The notes under the pieces were generated by a model that had not been told where the DNA came from, did not search any database, and saw nothing but the letters and a program-made list of their open reading frames with translations. The position numbers and the translations under genes are program-made. Of a stretch of DNA of 64,000 bases, positions 1-13,680 are shown one piece after another; the stretch's first letter is position 1, and each line of letters starts with the position of its first letter. This DNA is from the human T2T-CHM13v2.0 reference genome, Homo sapiens, in assembly GCF_009914755.1 (NCBI RefSeq), contig NC_060927.1; one strand, 5' to 3'.

Positions 1-522
1 TCCAGGCTGTGGATGCTTAACAAATGTTAAATGATAATTCTTTATTGACCTGACTGGGTTTTGGGAGCTCACAAAATTTTCAGGGAAGTGTTTTAAATGT
101 TTTGTAATCTTTAGGATTTTAAAATAGAATTATGATGACCTTTCCAAAGCAAGAAAGCAGGAAGTTGCTGTAAGCTTAAGGCCAAGCAGTTAAAACTAAT
201 ATGATTGGTCTCTTTTGGCTCATTAATTGCATCTAAGTGGATACAGAGAGCGGAAGCTTTTGTTAAATAACTGACACAGTTAATTCCAATTCGTAATATG
301 TTCTGGGAATGGTATTATAATAAAACACAAAATGGCCTCCATGGTTTAAAATGGAGTGCAAAGTCAAGCAAATGCTGCATGGAGAGCCAAACTAATAACT
401 CAGATTCTCCCCATATCCTCAGTGTCAGTGTAGATGCCAATTATGACGCTTATAAGCTTACGGTGGCTTCATTACTGCCAAGACCATAGGAAAGGAGATC
501 CTGTCAGTAGCCCTATACCACA

Positions 523-1015
523 GGTATTTTCTATTGCTGCTGTAAAACAAAATGCCAAAAATGTAGTGACTTAAAACAACACAAATTTGTTATCCTACAG
601 TTCTGGAAGTCAGAAGTCCCAAAGGGATCTTACTGGGCTAAAGTCAAAGTGTCAGTAGAGCTGTATTTCTTCTGGAGGCTCTAGGAAAGAATCTGTTTCC
701 TTGCCTTTTCCAGTTTTTAGAGGCTTCTTACACTCTTCGGCTAATGGTATGATTCCTCCATCTCTAAGGTCAGCAGTATAGTATTTTCAAATCTGTCTCC
801 TACTCTGACATCCCTGCCTCCTTCTTGTAGGGACCCTTATGACTGCCTTTGGCCCGACTGGATAATCTTCTGCTCTCAATATTCCTAACTTAAATTACAT
901 CTGCAGAGGCAAGGTTTCTTTTGCCATGTAAAGCAACATATTCACAGGTTTCAAGGATTAGAGCTTGGACATCTTTGATGGTGGGTGGGGGAAGAGGTCA
1001 TTATTTTGCTTGTCA
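523..1015 (-). mobile_element. MaLR solo LTR, MLT1B-D-like
   Basis: Reverse-complement MLT1 motifs: 'cacaaatttgttatcctacagttctggaagtcagaagtcc', 'ctggaggctctaggaaagaatctgtttccttgcc', 'acatattcacaggtttcaaggattag'. Confidence 0.85.
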
Positions 1016-1139
1016 TGTATTAAAAATAAAATTTCAAAGTATTTTAAAGAATAATTTTATATTATGATAATTTTCCAAGATGTAAGAGCAGATTATTGTT
1101 TCAATATAAAAATGATGAAATTAAAAATTGAGCAAACAT

Positions 1140-1320
1140 GATGATCTGTGTTGTGGAAAAACAGGGTTTCCAATTGTCCTGGATTTTAATCATCTCAGTG
1201 CTGTGTATTTACTGTGTATATTTTCTGAGATAATGAGCTATAATGCCTGCCTCATAAGATTCTTTGGAAAGCCTTATGCTGTTTTTTGCATTGACACCTA
1301 GCATGGTAATTCTTCATTAA
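1140..1320 (+). mobile_element. MIR SINE remnant
   Basis: Degenerate MIR core and 3' part ('ataatgcctgcctcataagatt...gacacctagcatggt'). Confidence 0.5.
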
Positions 1321-2517
1321 CATTAAGGGAGAACTGAAGTTTTAACCATTAATTCTCAGTCAATATATTGTCTGATAAGTACTTGAGTTGGTCAGTAAGT
1401 GACATCCATACTAGCATTTGGGATGGCCTTGGTGTGGCCCTGAGAAGTAGGATGCACAAATGTTCTATGCATACTATCTCTTATTTACTAGGATAAGATA
1501 GGCCAGTGAAAAAACAATATTCCATTTGACTAACTCCACTACTTGCTGGAAAGCTGTAGTTTCAAAGCCTTGATCAGAAAGAAATGCAAAGCTGAATGTT
1601 TAATATCAGAGAGTATCAGGTCTATGATCTCACAGGTTAGTGACTGAACATTAATCATGTTAATATCTTCAATTAAATAGATTCTGTTGAAAAAGTAGAA
1701 TGAATGAGAGCCAATATGGTGTTTTAGTCAGTTAATAAATAGATTGTTGTTATATCCAGGACAAAATGGATGAAAATTGAATTCCACATGATAAAATATT
1801 ATTAGTTTTAACCTTAAGATAGATTATCAAGTACTTGCTGTCAAAAATTCTTTTACATCTAATTTTTCCTCTCTTGGTTTTGCCTGTATAAATAAATAGA
1901 TTCCATTTCCTCTGTATTCCATTAGAATTTATCTAAAGTCTGAAGTCCTGATCTAATACTGTAATTTTATCTGTCATTTGATGTCGAGTTATTAAAATTT
2001 GTTTGAAAATACAGTATGCACACTTTGGATGGCATCCTTATGTATCCTTTTAATCTAGAAATGTATTTTTTAATATTTTGGTTGGTCATAATTTGTCAAG
2101 ATAAAATGGGCTATGATTAGAGAAACTATATGTACTACTACATTTCTAATTTTAATAATGCATAAAATCATATGTATTAATGTATTAGGAATTTGATTGA
2201 GTGCTTCAGGTAAAGGCTCATCTTATATAATACATTTTGATTTTGTTACTCCATCAGTTATATACAATTATTAATTTTTTACCATTGCATACATTTGTGT
2301 AACTGTGCCATCTAATAGCTAATAAGGTAATAAAGAAATCATTAGCCTTTCTTTGGAAAGATATCTAAGCTGGTGAACTATAAAACTCTGAGTTCGTCTA
2401 AGTGTCACTTGGAGTTCTGGGGGTTGTCTCTCTTTTGAATTCAGAAATCATAAATTGAATATCTTGATATAGTCGAGTAAGCGGGAAATGAGCACTGCTT
2501 TTGCAATTGACTCGTAG

Positions 2518-2552
2518 ATATGATCCTAAGCAGGAGGACAAGGATGAAGAGG
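2518..2552 (+). other. Candidate small internal exon (35 nt)
   Basis: Acceptor 'ctgcttttgcaattgactcgtag' (weak pyrimidine tract), purine-rich ESE-like body 'GCAGGAGGACAAGGATGAAGAGG', strong donor AGG|GTAAGA. Alternative acceptor at 2444 ('tcttttgaattcag'). Confidence 0.4.
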
Positions 2553-5317
2553 GTAAGAACGAATAATAAATGTGTTTGAAAATGAGATTTAACATTTAGA
2601 GTACCAAAATTTTTCTAGTACTTTAAAGAATCAGTTTCTTTTTATTTTACCCTGTTTCCTAAAGAATAGACTATATGACTAATAGATTATTTCATTCTAA
2701 TCAATTATTATTCTATCTTGAAATAAAACATAAAGTCTTTAGAAATATTTCCTGCTGTAATAATATGCCCAAATAGGCTACAGTTTCCACGGATAAACCC
2801 ATATTTTTCCTCAATACTTTCTTCCAATAATATTTAGTCAATATATTTTTTAAAATATTTTCAAAAATTTACATTGTTATCTTGACATTGGAGCTTAGTG
2901 ATTTCAATTACAAACAAATGAAAATGGAACCAGAAGTATGTTTTACAGGGTGAAAAATTTCTTTACGACTTCAGCTATTTTTCAGGCTTAAACTTTCCTT
3001 TCATTTTTTTTCTTTAAGGATTCTGAAGAATTCCAGCTTCCCTACTGTTGTGTCTTACATAGATTCATGTTGAATATGTATTTCCCAGCATCTAGAGATG
3101 CTGATTCAGTGTAGTTGGTGACAGGTGTCTCAATGACAAAGGCAGGAGGCCTTTAAAATCTTCAGTTTGGGAGTGTCAGGATGGGTATGACATAGGCCCA
3201 TGCTGACAATCTGAAATGAAGGCTCTTGGCATAATTGCTTTTCATTCAAAAGTTAAGAAAATGCAGCTGCGTCCTCTTCACCTCCAATTCCTGCAATCTC
3301 TATGCATAGAATGAAGAACTGCCTGCTTCACTGCTGAATTCTCTTCCTTCCTTCTTTAAAGAACTAAAGATCAATGAACTTAGTGCTATTCTGGTCCTTA
3401 CTAAACTTGGCCTGGCTAAAATAATCAATTTAGCTAAAAAAAATTCTAATATACAGAGAAAGACTTTGTGTTCTTATTTATAAGAGACCAAATATCTCTT
3501 TCCTTCCAGTGACAGGGGCACACAGGCACTGCAGCACAACCTCAGGCAAAATAGAAAAAGAAAGGAGAAAGAAAGCACTGCCTTTCTCCAGAAATGACTC
3601 ATGATATTTATTCAGATGACAGGAAGAATAAATTAGTTGAAGATTTATAGGAGCCTATTAACTCTTGTGCATGAGTTGTAGGTTAATTGAACTATAACAG
3701 TATGTTAATTCAAGAATTACTTAGAAATGCATGACCCCCACCCCCCAAAAAAATGTATGGGTAAGCACACATGTTAATCATTAAAAAAAATCCTAATTTA
3801 AGAAAAACAATAGTAGTCTGCAAGGGGTTAAAAATCAGGGTATAATCAAAATAGCGCTGTATTTCTTCCCATGGATTAATTACTTACATATTTTCTCTCC
3901 GAATTTAACTGTACACATATACAACACTTCATAATTTGGTAAGAAAGCTTTTATCATAATGACTTCCTGCACAGAACTTTGAATTGTTGAATAAAAGCTC
4001 TCTATACATGAACATCATTATAACCTTCGGGCTTCTGGATAATTTGAATTGGTTTTACAATCCACAGTTGGGTAGTGTAAAAGGAGCCTCTGACGGCCGT
4101 AGGAGCAGCCTTGACAACTGTCAGCCTACCACACACCCAGAGCAATATCTCTGAATTTTATCGCTGTCAAGAACAAATCATAGGTAAATGGATACCAATT
4201 CTGATAACGAAGCAGGCTGAAATGGTCCAAGACCTTCTTACTAAATTTAAAGGAAGGCAACATCAGAGCCAAATAACTATTGCCCAACCAACATTTTTCT
4301 TTTTGATTACACTGTGGTAAGGCAGACAGACAGGTAGGTTTACAAGTGCATTGAAGTTAGTGGTGAGCTTTCCATACAAATATATAACAAAATAAGTATC
4401 CTCATGTGGGCATTTGCAGGGTAAAACATGGGGTAATTTGAGGTATATAACTCTTTAAGTCACTGCTATTATCAACTACCTGTGGTTGGGTTAAATAACT
4501 AGCTTCTACTGAAAGAAAAGCTCTTACCTTTTGAGCGGCACATTATGTTTTGTGATACATAAATCAAAAACTCCAGTGTAATCCTTGAATGTTATTTTCA
4601 GGTGGTTCATTTCTTTCTCCCTTCTACTCTCTTTTATTTCTATTTGTGGCAAGTGGATATGATAGCTCGAGTATTAAGACCTGTGATTATGAAAAACTTG
4701 CAGATGGGACTGTTTATTTAAGTGGCATTTACAGATTTCGACTTAGTAGATCCGGAGAAGTAATATTGCACTGACCTCTGTGATTGTGAACTAAACGGCC
4801 TTTGAAAGTCCTTGAAGATTTAGTATCAGCTTTCCACTTGACAAATGTACTGTCCTGTTTATAGATGACCAAACTCTGAGTAGCTTTCATTAAAATATAA
4901 TAACATCATCCAAAATGAACTAAGCCATAGGTTTAATCAGGGTTTCTGTTATGTAATTTCAGAGGGCAAGTCAACAGCTCTACATTCTCTTCAAAGTGTG
5001 GATTCCAATGGACTATGACATTTGAGGAATGCTTTTGTACCCTGTATTTTCTCAGCATACCAGCTGCAGAGTGATTAGTGAATCATTTTAGGATATTACA
5101 TACTAATTGCTAAAATGATTAAGGCTCTTTCCTCTCCTATACTCAATCCCTTAACCCATCATTTTCCACTTTCACAATTTAAACACAGATTATCCAAATT
5201 TTGGTTTACTAACATGCTCATTTAGCTGAAGATCAATTTTGTTTCTGAAAGATTCGTATGGGTTTTCTTGATCTTTTGCAACTAGGATTGCAAACCACCA
5301 TTCTTGGCTAAATGGAT

Positions 5318-5367
5318 AGAGGGAGAGAGAGAAAGGAGATAGAGAGTGAGAGAGAGAGAGAGAGAGA
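5318..5367. repeat. Imperfect (GA)n microsatellite
   Basis: Seen directly. Confidence 0.9.
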
Positions 5368-5426
5368 ATAACTTTGCCTTCTTGGGGCTCAGACTTGGAG
5401 CTAAACTATCTCATCAAGAACTGCAC

Positions 5427-5762
<336 letters not shown>

Positions 5763-6854
5763 AATGACACTGAAGCCTAAACCTGAAGAGATTACTGGTT
5801 TTCTCTTCCAAGGATAAACTTTATAACATCTTTACACTAAGTAACATTCCAGACAGACGGAGAGAGCAAGACAATTACATTTTTTAAAAACTATTTGAGA
5901 ATCTCTTTTTTTTTTTCAAACAGTGGTTTTTACACAAAACATTCTCAGAATCTGAATATCAGTGTGTTCATACAACCCTGATAATATACTCATCTCCAGA
6001 GATAAGAAAATGCTACTGCATTCTTGAGAGCCAAGAAAAAATTCTGACTGATAAAATGGTCAAACAGGGCTTGATAACAATTTATTTCTGACCTTTTAAT
6101 GCCTTCTCTTCTTAATGATTTTCTGTCATTTCTGTCTAGTCTAGACTTGAAACTCAGTCTCAGAGGTGCTTAGCTTTATGTTGCCACTTAACTTTCAACT
6201 TCCATTTTCAGCACAGAAAGGTAAATCAGTAATTGTCACTCTGGCTTCTCAAGGTTTGTCAGGCACCCGAATGGGATTATGACATAGATCTGAAGGGTAT
6301 TTCATGTGACTTTTACTTTAATTTTCACAAAATCATGGAAATGCCTTAGGACTTCAGGAACTCAATTATCCTGATAGCCTCACTTCTTTTATTTGTATTT
6401 TTGTTTGACTACTTTGGTTCTTTCTGTCCCCTGACCTGTCAAAAAGTGATTAAAAAAAAGAAGAAGAAATTAAGGGACATCTTCACTGAGTTGCTTTCTT
6501 GGCTGACGGTTGTCTCTTTCTCAATGCTATCCTTTTTTTTTTTCTTTTGTTTTATTTCCAAGAAGATGATGTGTGCATTTCTTTAGTTTGGGCCTCGTGG
6601 CACATACATAAAACTGAAGGAACCACCCTCGGAGAAAGTGTATTGTCCTGTATTTCAGAATGTTTTAAAATCTGATTTGTACATTATCAAATGGAGCCCT
6701 GTGAGACAAAAACCCACCTAGAGATCTTCTTTGGAAGAGAGAAATAAGAAAAATGAGTCTCAAAGAAATCACCAATGGAGAGTTAAAACTTATGCTTTCC
6801 AATACATTTATCCACATTGATTTGTCTACAGATCTATGTATATAGATTGTTGAG

Positions 6855-7390
6855 TGTCAGTCAAAACTTCTTCCTTTATAAGTGAAAGCAGCTGAACTCG
6901 AACCAGCTTAAGCCAGAGCATCTCTATGTATGGCTGGATTCAGGACCTCAAGCAGCTTGCCAATTCTCTCCTGTTCTTTTTTGCCCACTCTTTCCTCTTT
7001 CGTTCTCCTCTTCTTGCCTGTGGGCTTTCTGTGTGTTGCCCTTATTCTCTTCTGCTAATGATTGGCTCTGTTTATATGATGGGAAAGATAGCTGCTGGCA
7101 GCTCTAGTGCAAAAACAAGAGACCTTCTTCTCCAGGATTCCTATTGCCTCTTAGAGGGAAGTAGTCAAACTGGTCCAAAAAGGGTTCCATGGCCACCCCT
7201 TGGCTCAGTCGTATTAGATAAGGGGTTGACAGCCTGGATCAAGTGCTCATCTCTGCTGACAGGTGATGGACTATACCTGTGATTGATTGTCCTACGATAT
7301 AAGATGGGGGAATGGTAGCTCATCAAAGAAAGATTGGTGTGCTGCTTCCAGCATGAGCAGTGCAAGAAAGCATGTTGGGAAAGCCATGAT
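6855..7390 (-). mobile_element. Old MaLR LTR (MLT1J/K/L-like)
   Basis: 'ggctggattcaggacctcaag', 'ggaaagatagctgctggcagctctag', 'ctggatcaagtgctcatctct' resemble reverse MLT1K-type consensus. Confidence 0.6.
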
Positions 7391-7497
7391 TACAAAACAC
7401 AGATCTCTGTTTATTGCTACATGTATAACCAACCAATCACATTCCTGGGGGGGGGGGGAGTATTTGATTTTTTTTTTCCTTTGAAAACCTTTTCAAA

Positions 7498-7793
7498 GGC
7501 AGGACACGGTGGCTCACACCTGTAATACCAGCACCTTGGGAGGCTGAGGCGGGCAGATCACTTGAGCTCAGGAGTTTGAGACCAGCCTGGCCAACATGGT
7601 GAAACCTGTTTCCACTAAAAATACAAAAATTAGCAAGCCCTGGTGGTGCACGCCTGTATTCCTAGCTACCTGAGAGGGTGAGAATCGCTTGAACCCAGGA
7701 TGTGTAGGTTACAGTCAGTCAAGATCACACCACTGCACTCCAGCCTGGGCAACAGAGTAAGACTCTGTCTCAAAAAAAAAAAAAAAAAAAAAA
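7498..7793 (+). mobile_element. Alu (Jb/Sz-like) with poly(A) tail
   Basis: Full dimer; approximate TSD gaaaaccttttca/gaaatgttttca. Confidence 0.95.
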
Positions 7794-7975
7794 GGAAATG
7801 TTTTCATAGAATGCATATATGATTATCTGGTTTTTTGCCTATAATGTATTTGATGGCTATATTCTGTGGCATAGACATGGGAAAATTGAACTACTACTTA
7901 TTCTCATCTTTACTCAAATATAGACAACATTTACTGAATACCTTTTATAGACGGACAATGACTCCAGGCGCTACT

Positions 7976-8087
7976 ATTTACTTTTTATCATAACAAGCAA
8001 CAAGGACACTTTGCATTTTCATGGTGGTTTCATTTACTTTTCATCACAACAAGTAATAAGAACAGTTTACATTTTCATTGCGGTTTC
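7976..8087. repeat. Two-copy 56-bp tandem duplication
   Basis: 7976-8031 vs 8032-8087, 47/56 identical without gaps. Confidence 0.9.
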
Positions 8088-8490
8088 ATATCTGTTGTCT
8101 TAAGAATTCTCCAGTAAATGTATTTATTCTGCTAAAAATAAAAGTCATGAAGTTATAAGGTAACTTGTTTATGATTACCTGTGCTAAGTTTTACCATAGT
8201 TAAAAATAGCTATTTATAACAAAAATCATATGAGATCTAAAAAGTATATATATTATATATATATTTAAGCTTAGTATTATGAATAATAGAAAAGGACCTT
8301 AAGATCATCCTCCTGAACAGTTATTGTCCTTGAGTCTTGTTTCAAGACCTCATTGATACATTGTTAACACTTAGATCAATAAACAATTATTGTTCTTTGT
8401 GAGATGCTGAGAGTAGATTTGGAGAGTTTACAGATAAGAGGAATCCTTTACTAGGAGCTGTCAAATGTCAAAATAACAACTAACATGTAT

Positions 8491-8534
<44 letters not shown>

Positions 8535-8559
8535 ACATCTATCTATCTATCTATCTATC
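8491..8559. repeat. Compound tetranucleotide STR (TCTA)11 ACA (TCTA)5
   Basis: Seen directly. Confidence 0.95.
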
Positions 8560-8660
8560 ATTTTCATCTACCTAATCTGTATCTGTAAGTCCTGAAATAC
8601 CTGTATACATCTATTAACGGAAGTTATATAAAAAATATTTGAATTTTTTTCTTTCTGCAG

Positions 8661-8706
8661 ATTTCCACGGGGGGCAGAGATGATTTTCCTGGCTCTGGGC
8701 CTCATG
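8661..8706 (+). other. Candidate internal exon (46 nt)
   Basis: Strong acceptor 'tttttttctttctgcag' and near-consensus donor ATG|GTGAGT around a GC-richer body in AT-rich flanks. Confidence 0.6.
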
Positions 8707-10689
8707 GTGAGTTACAGTTATGATGGGGACAGCAGGCGCCTGTACCTCTGTTTAATAGAAAGCACAGTACCAGCAGAGATTTTCTAACTCTGCATTTAAA
8801 ATCCCCCAATAGTTATTATTACCTCTTAAAACCATTTGAGCATTAGTGCCAAATCAAGTGGAATAGTTTCATTTAAATAATTTAAGGTGCTGACTGATGT
8901 TCTCACATTGGTCGTAATAAATAATATTATTAATTTTGCGAAAGAGAGGAGAATCAGAATATTGTGAATTTGGTTCTCTGTCAACTGAAAAGTAATTTGA
9001 AACGGATTAAAGGAGCAGGTTTTCCTCCTCCAGGTTTGACTCCCCATGTATCCCACCTCTAGTCCTTTCATAGAAACCCCACCCTTTGTGCATGGCTCCG
9101 TGTACCTGCCCCTGCAGTGTGGCATCCTGTGGTGGGAAGGTTTAGTCTTCTGTGGAACAGGCTTATTGACCAGCAGGGTTTGCTCACTCAAGTGTAAAGA
9201 CATTCTGATTCTTTCCCTTGGGCTTCCTTTTCCTTCCTGAGAAAACACTTATGAAGAATTCTTTTGCCCCTCTTATTGTGCTTCCAATCAATCTTTCATT
9301 TGATATGATATGAAAAAAAAGGAAAAAGAATCTTAAGACAATTCCAAGGAAAGAACTCTCTATATACAGTAGCTACTCTTCCCTGTTTACATGATCTGTA
9401 TTTAATCTGTGCAGCATGAGACAGCCATCTCAACTCTATGTTTGAGAATAAAAGTTTGAGGTTATTTTGCTCTTTTCTGTACTGCCAATGAACATTAAAA
9501 TATCACTATGTTTCTCAAAATTCTAATCACAAAAATTACTTGAAAATATAGATTTCCAGTGTCCTCTTTGAAATTTGGGATTAGTAAATCCAGAGTGGGG
9601 CTTGGAGACAGTATTTAATAATATCCCAGGAAAATCTTGTATTTTTAAAAATATCCCCAGGTGACTTTAGTTTGGAAAATATTGAATTACATTCAATAAT
9701 TTGACAAGTTATTGACAGTTACACTAGCTGATGTTCTGAGGTGAATATCAGCACTTATTATTCTGTTTTTCCTTCTCATATTTTAGGTTTCACACTACCT
9801 TTGTAATTTCTCTTGGAGCCTTTCATTACAGAACTAAAGTTGCCTCTGCTCAGCTGTATTCTTCTTTGAGGTGAAGTTTGAGGGTCTTTGATTACTCATG
9901 ACAGCCTAGAAGAGAGGAGAGGACAACCAGAATTAAAGGGCAGTTGCTACAATATGGCTGATCTAGTGCTAAGGATGAGGACCAACAGGAAGTAACATGC
10001 TTTGATAAATGTATAATGAAAAATTTACTTGCAGAGGAAACAATGCTGGAAATGGCTAGAAGCCAAGAACATCTGTGTTCCTGGTATCCTAAATGTGTAG
10101 AAGGAGCAGATGTAACTGGATATATAACAGAGAGCCTGGCACAATTCCTAACCATGTGGAGGAGGGCTGTGGATGTGCACAGACGGCTTTCTGAAGCCCA
10201 GAAAAAAAATTTTAAAAATGCTGGGGAACTCCCAAATAATATTATTAGCTATCTTGAGGACAGACAGATATTATTAGAGCAGTTTAATACAATAAAGACA
10301 GCTTATTCAAATAAGAGAAAGGGAAGTTATTTATTGCACACAACTGAGAAGACTACTCAGGAAATACTTTGTATATAAATACAACAATACAATTACAAGT
10401 AAGCATAAATATGAGATATAAAGTAAAAGACTTGCTTCTTATACCCCCTAAGAACTATAAGCTCTTTCAAGCCTAGCACATAATCTTAGCTTTACTAAGT
10501 AGTTAATACTTTTTATGAGCTCAGCTAGTAGTTCTAAGAATGACTGGGCAGAAGTACCTAGAAAATAGAATAAAATGTAAAATACAATCTAGGAAGAGCC
10601 AGATGATATCAGCTGCTATTTTTCTTAATCCATTATATCAAGAAAAATTCTTTTAATGCTTTTTATAGGTGAGGATCTGGGTAGGCCAC

Positions 10690-11145
10690 AGTAGTTGGCA
10701 GAATTTTAATATTGTATATGTAGTTAGGGTGGACACACAAGACTCCTTCCCTGACTACCTTCCAGCTAGGATTGGACTGGCCGTGTGACACAATTCTGAC
10801 CAATGAGATGTAGGTGGAATTCTGTCAGGTTAGTTTTTGTTTTCCTGATAAAAATGGATAGACTAGGTTGGCATGTCCCTTAGCCCCTCCTTCTTGCCTA
10901 TGATGTGGACATGATACTGAAGGTGCAGCAGTTATGCTATGAGGTGATAATCAAAAGGATGAGACAGATAATCTAAACACGGCAACCTGAGCATGACAGA
11001 GTGGAAGGCTCTGCTGAGTCCTTAATGACCACTGCACTGGCATTGGACTACTATCTCTGAACTTTTGTTTATGTGAGAAAAAAACTCACTAATTTATTTA
11101 AGCTACTCTTCGTCATTATTTCGTAACTACTCTGTGCTAAACATT
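10690..11145 (+). mobile_element. MaLR LTR (MLT1I/J-like)
   Basis: 'ggccgtgtgacacaattctgaccaatgagatgtaggtgg', 'ggtgcagcagttatg', 'tatgtgagaaaaaaa...tttatttaagcta'. Confidence 0.7.
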
Positions 11146-11294
11146 TTAAAATTCTGGGTTGGGGAAATACTGCCGTATTCTTGTTTGCAAGAATTTTTAG
11201 TGTTGAAAGACACAGTGTGAACCCAAATATAATAAAACTATTCAAAAGCTAATGCTCTATTTTACATAGAAGAAATGCAATGGTGGCAACCAAA

Positions 11295-11740
11295 TGTAAG
11301 ATAGTGGTGCTACTTTGGCACTAGAATATACTTGGAATGCTGCTTTCACATTTGGATAACCTGCCAAAAGGATACTGAAAAATCAGAAAGCATCCAGAGG
11401 TGTGATCAGGGTTGGTGAGGGGCTTGAATAGCATTTCAAAATGAAAATAATTACTGCAAATTGGGAAAGTTAAGTGTTAAACAATGAAAACAGAAAAAAA
11501 TAAAATTAAAAAAAAAACTTATAATTCCCAAATCCTTGAAATGGTTTCAAATAGAGGAAGTAAACTTCTTATAGTCTTCACTAAAGAGTAATATTAGGAT
11601 CGATAAAAATAATGGGAAAGAAGATTTCTGCTAGATGATAAACAAATACTTCCTGAGAGTTATACCCTCTAACAAGGAATGTGCTGTGTCATCTTTTGAG
11701 ATAAACACTCCACTGGATAAACCTTTGCTGTAGGAAGAGT
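11295..11740 (+). mobile_element. L3/CR1 LINE 3' remnant
   Basis: 'aaggatactgaaaaatcagaaagcatccagagg...ggtgaggggcttgaa' and 'agatttctgctagatgataaacaaatacttcctgagagt' resemble the CR1 3' end. Confidence 0.6.
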
Positions 11741-13489
11741 GTGAATCTCATTGATTTTTGAAGATCAGGAATCCAAAGCATAAAAGTTCCTTGATAATAT
11801 CTATGTAATGAATGAATGAATTCTATTCATTTATTTAAGCTCAAATATCATTAGGATCTAAATTTCTGTACAATCAGAATATATGCATACTAACTGTTAG
11901 TTTCCTACCTCCACTATCTAGTTACGTTGCCTCACGTGGATATATAAGATAAAGCATCCAGCCAAGTGAGGGAATAATGCATACTGACTACTCAGGAAGT
12001 AGCACTGCAGATGCCACACTCTTGGTAAGACTAGCCTTGGGGCTAAAGACAGTATAAGCTCAGAATGCTTAAAGCAAGTCTGGAAGACATCTTGTCTCTT
12101 AAAGTCCTACTCCCATATATCCATTATGGAGATTATGGCTCATGAAAGGGTATAAAAATGATTATTATTTTTTTCCCTCTAGTCTCTACTGGATGTGAAG
12201 CACAAGCTTCGGTTGCTGCATCTAGTCTCAGAAATTGATTCAAAGAGTTACTTACGCTTTCAGGACATAATCCTCTGAAACAGTTCTAGCATCAGTTTTT
12301 GCTATTGTGTGCTGTCTATTATTTGGGTTTCTGTCAAACAGACAAGATGTCATGTTTCTTTGCTTCAAATTGCTGCATATTATCTATCCCCTGGTGAACT
12401 TCTTTTCCACATGTTCATATTTAAGTAGGAATAGAGGTGAATACATAAAGTTGAATGCTTGAATTGTTTTTAAAAGGCCAATTCAGAATATTTTTAAAAG
12501 TATTTTAGTGTGTCAAATGTGAACTGACACACAGTATGTTGCTCACAGCAAGCTGAAAAATCTTTAGTATATGAACTTTTTATATGACTTAGTAACTAAC
12601 AATTCAAAAATGTAAACCTGACTGTTTTATAATGAATGTTTTTGGAAACACATTTGCAATCTATTCTTTACCCAACAAGCTTGGAAATGAATGTCTTGGG
12701 CATTATCTTTTCTTCACTTGGCAAGCGTAGCTGCAGACAACATTTCCACTTGTCCAAAGAGTTTCTTTGTTGATATAACGTCCCTCAATTTTTAGTGAGG
12801 ATTTTCTTTCTTTTTGGAAGAAACCCTAAAAGGGGTTTAAGCTGCTTTGTTACAGTGCTGGAGTTTATCATTAGTCCTCATTATCCATATATTTGTCAAG
12901 AATGTTGCTTACATAGGGGTAAATAATTTCATTTTATTCCAATATAGTTTTGACATTTATTTAAGAATAGCCAATTCTCAATTTCCCAGAGTAATGTAGA
13001 AAAGCCCAGTCACAGATTAGCCAAGAAATGTATTAGAATATGCAAAATATGTTATTTAGTAATTAACATATTCATCATTCAAGTAGAAACTAGCATTCTG
13101 CAGTTTTGTTCAGCTATAACTGGAAAGTGCTGAAATTTCAAGTATAGTTATAACAATCAGTGGTATAGATACAGCAAAATGTATTTTTAGTCAAAAGAAT
13201 ACAAAAGCAATGATAAACATAACCCAAAAATGCTTTAAAAAACAATTGCTATCTATCTACTTTTTTTGTTTGGTTTGCACACAGCTGCTGGTGGGTTTTC
13301 ATGGGTGAGGAAGTGGGAGGACAGGTGGTATTACTATTATTGGGGCACTGACATGGTTGTCAGTGAGGGATGAGGGAAGAGGGAACCAGGAAATAAGACA
13401 GCTCCATAAGATAGGGATAGGGAAACAGAATGATCTGGCAGTGAATGAAAGCTATGGGAGAGAATAAGAAGGAAGAAAAGAAATTGAGA

Positions 13490-13680
13490 GTCACTGAGTA
13501 CATACCAATGCCTACACAGTACTTGATGTTTTACAATTGTGACCTCATTTCATAGCAATATCAACTCTTTGAAGTAGGTAGTCCCTCCCCAATTTGTAGA
13601 TAAGAAAATAAAAACTCAGAGAGATGAGGAAATCCACAGATTTACAAAGCCAAGTGGAAAATTAAGATTAGTTTTGATTC
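13490..13680 (-). mobile_element. MIR remnant
   Basis: 'ccccaatttgtagataagaaaataaaaactcagagagatgagg' matches the reverse MIR core. Confidence 0.65.

Noticed and set aside
8826-9248. 140-aa minus-strand ORF
   Set aside because: Non-ATG start, low-complexity AT-rich C-terminal half, no homology recognised.
10016-10378. 120-aa plus-strand ORF with protein-like composition
   Set aside because: No recognisable domain, no convincing splice or promoter context, no poly(A) or TSD of a retrocopy; the length is attainable by chance in 64 kb. BLASTP/PhyloCSF would settle it.
11805-11836. Imperfect palindrome aatgaatgaat...attcatttatt
   Set aside because: Low-complexity (TGAA)n/(TTCA)n typical of decayed L2 tails.
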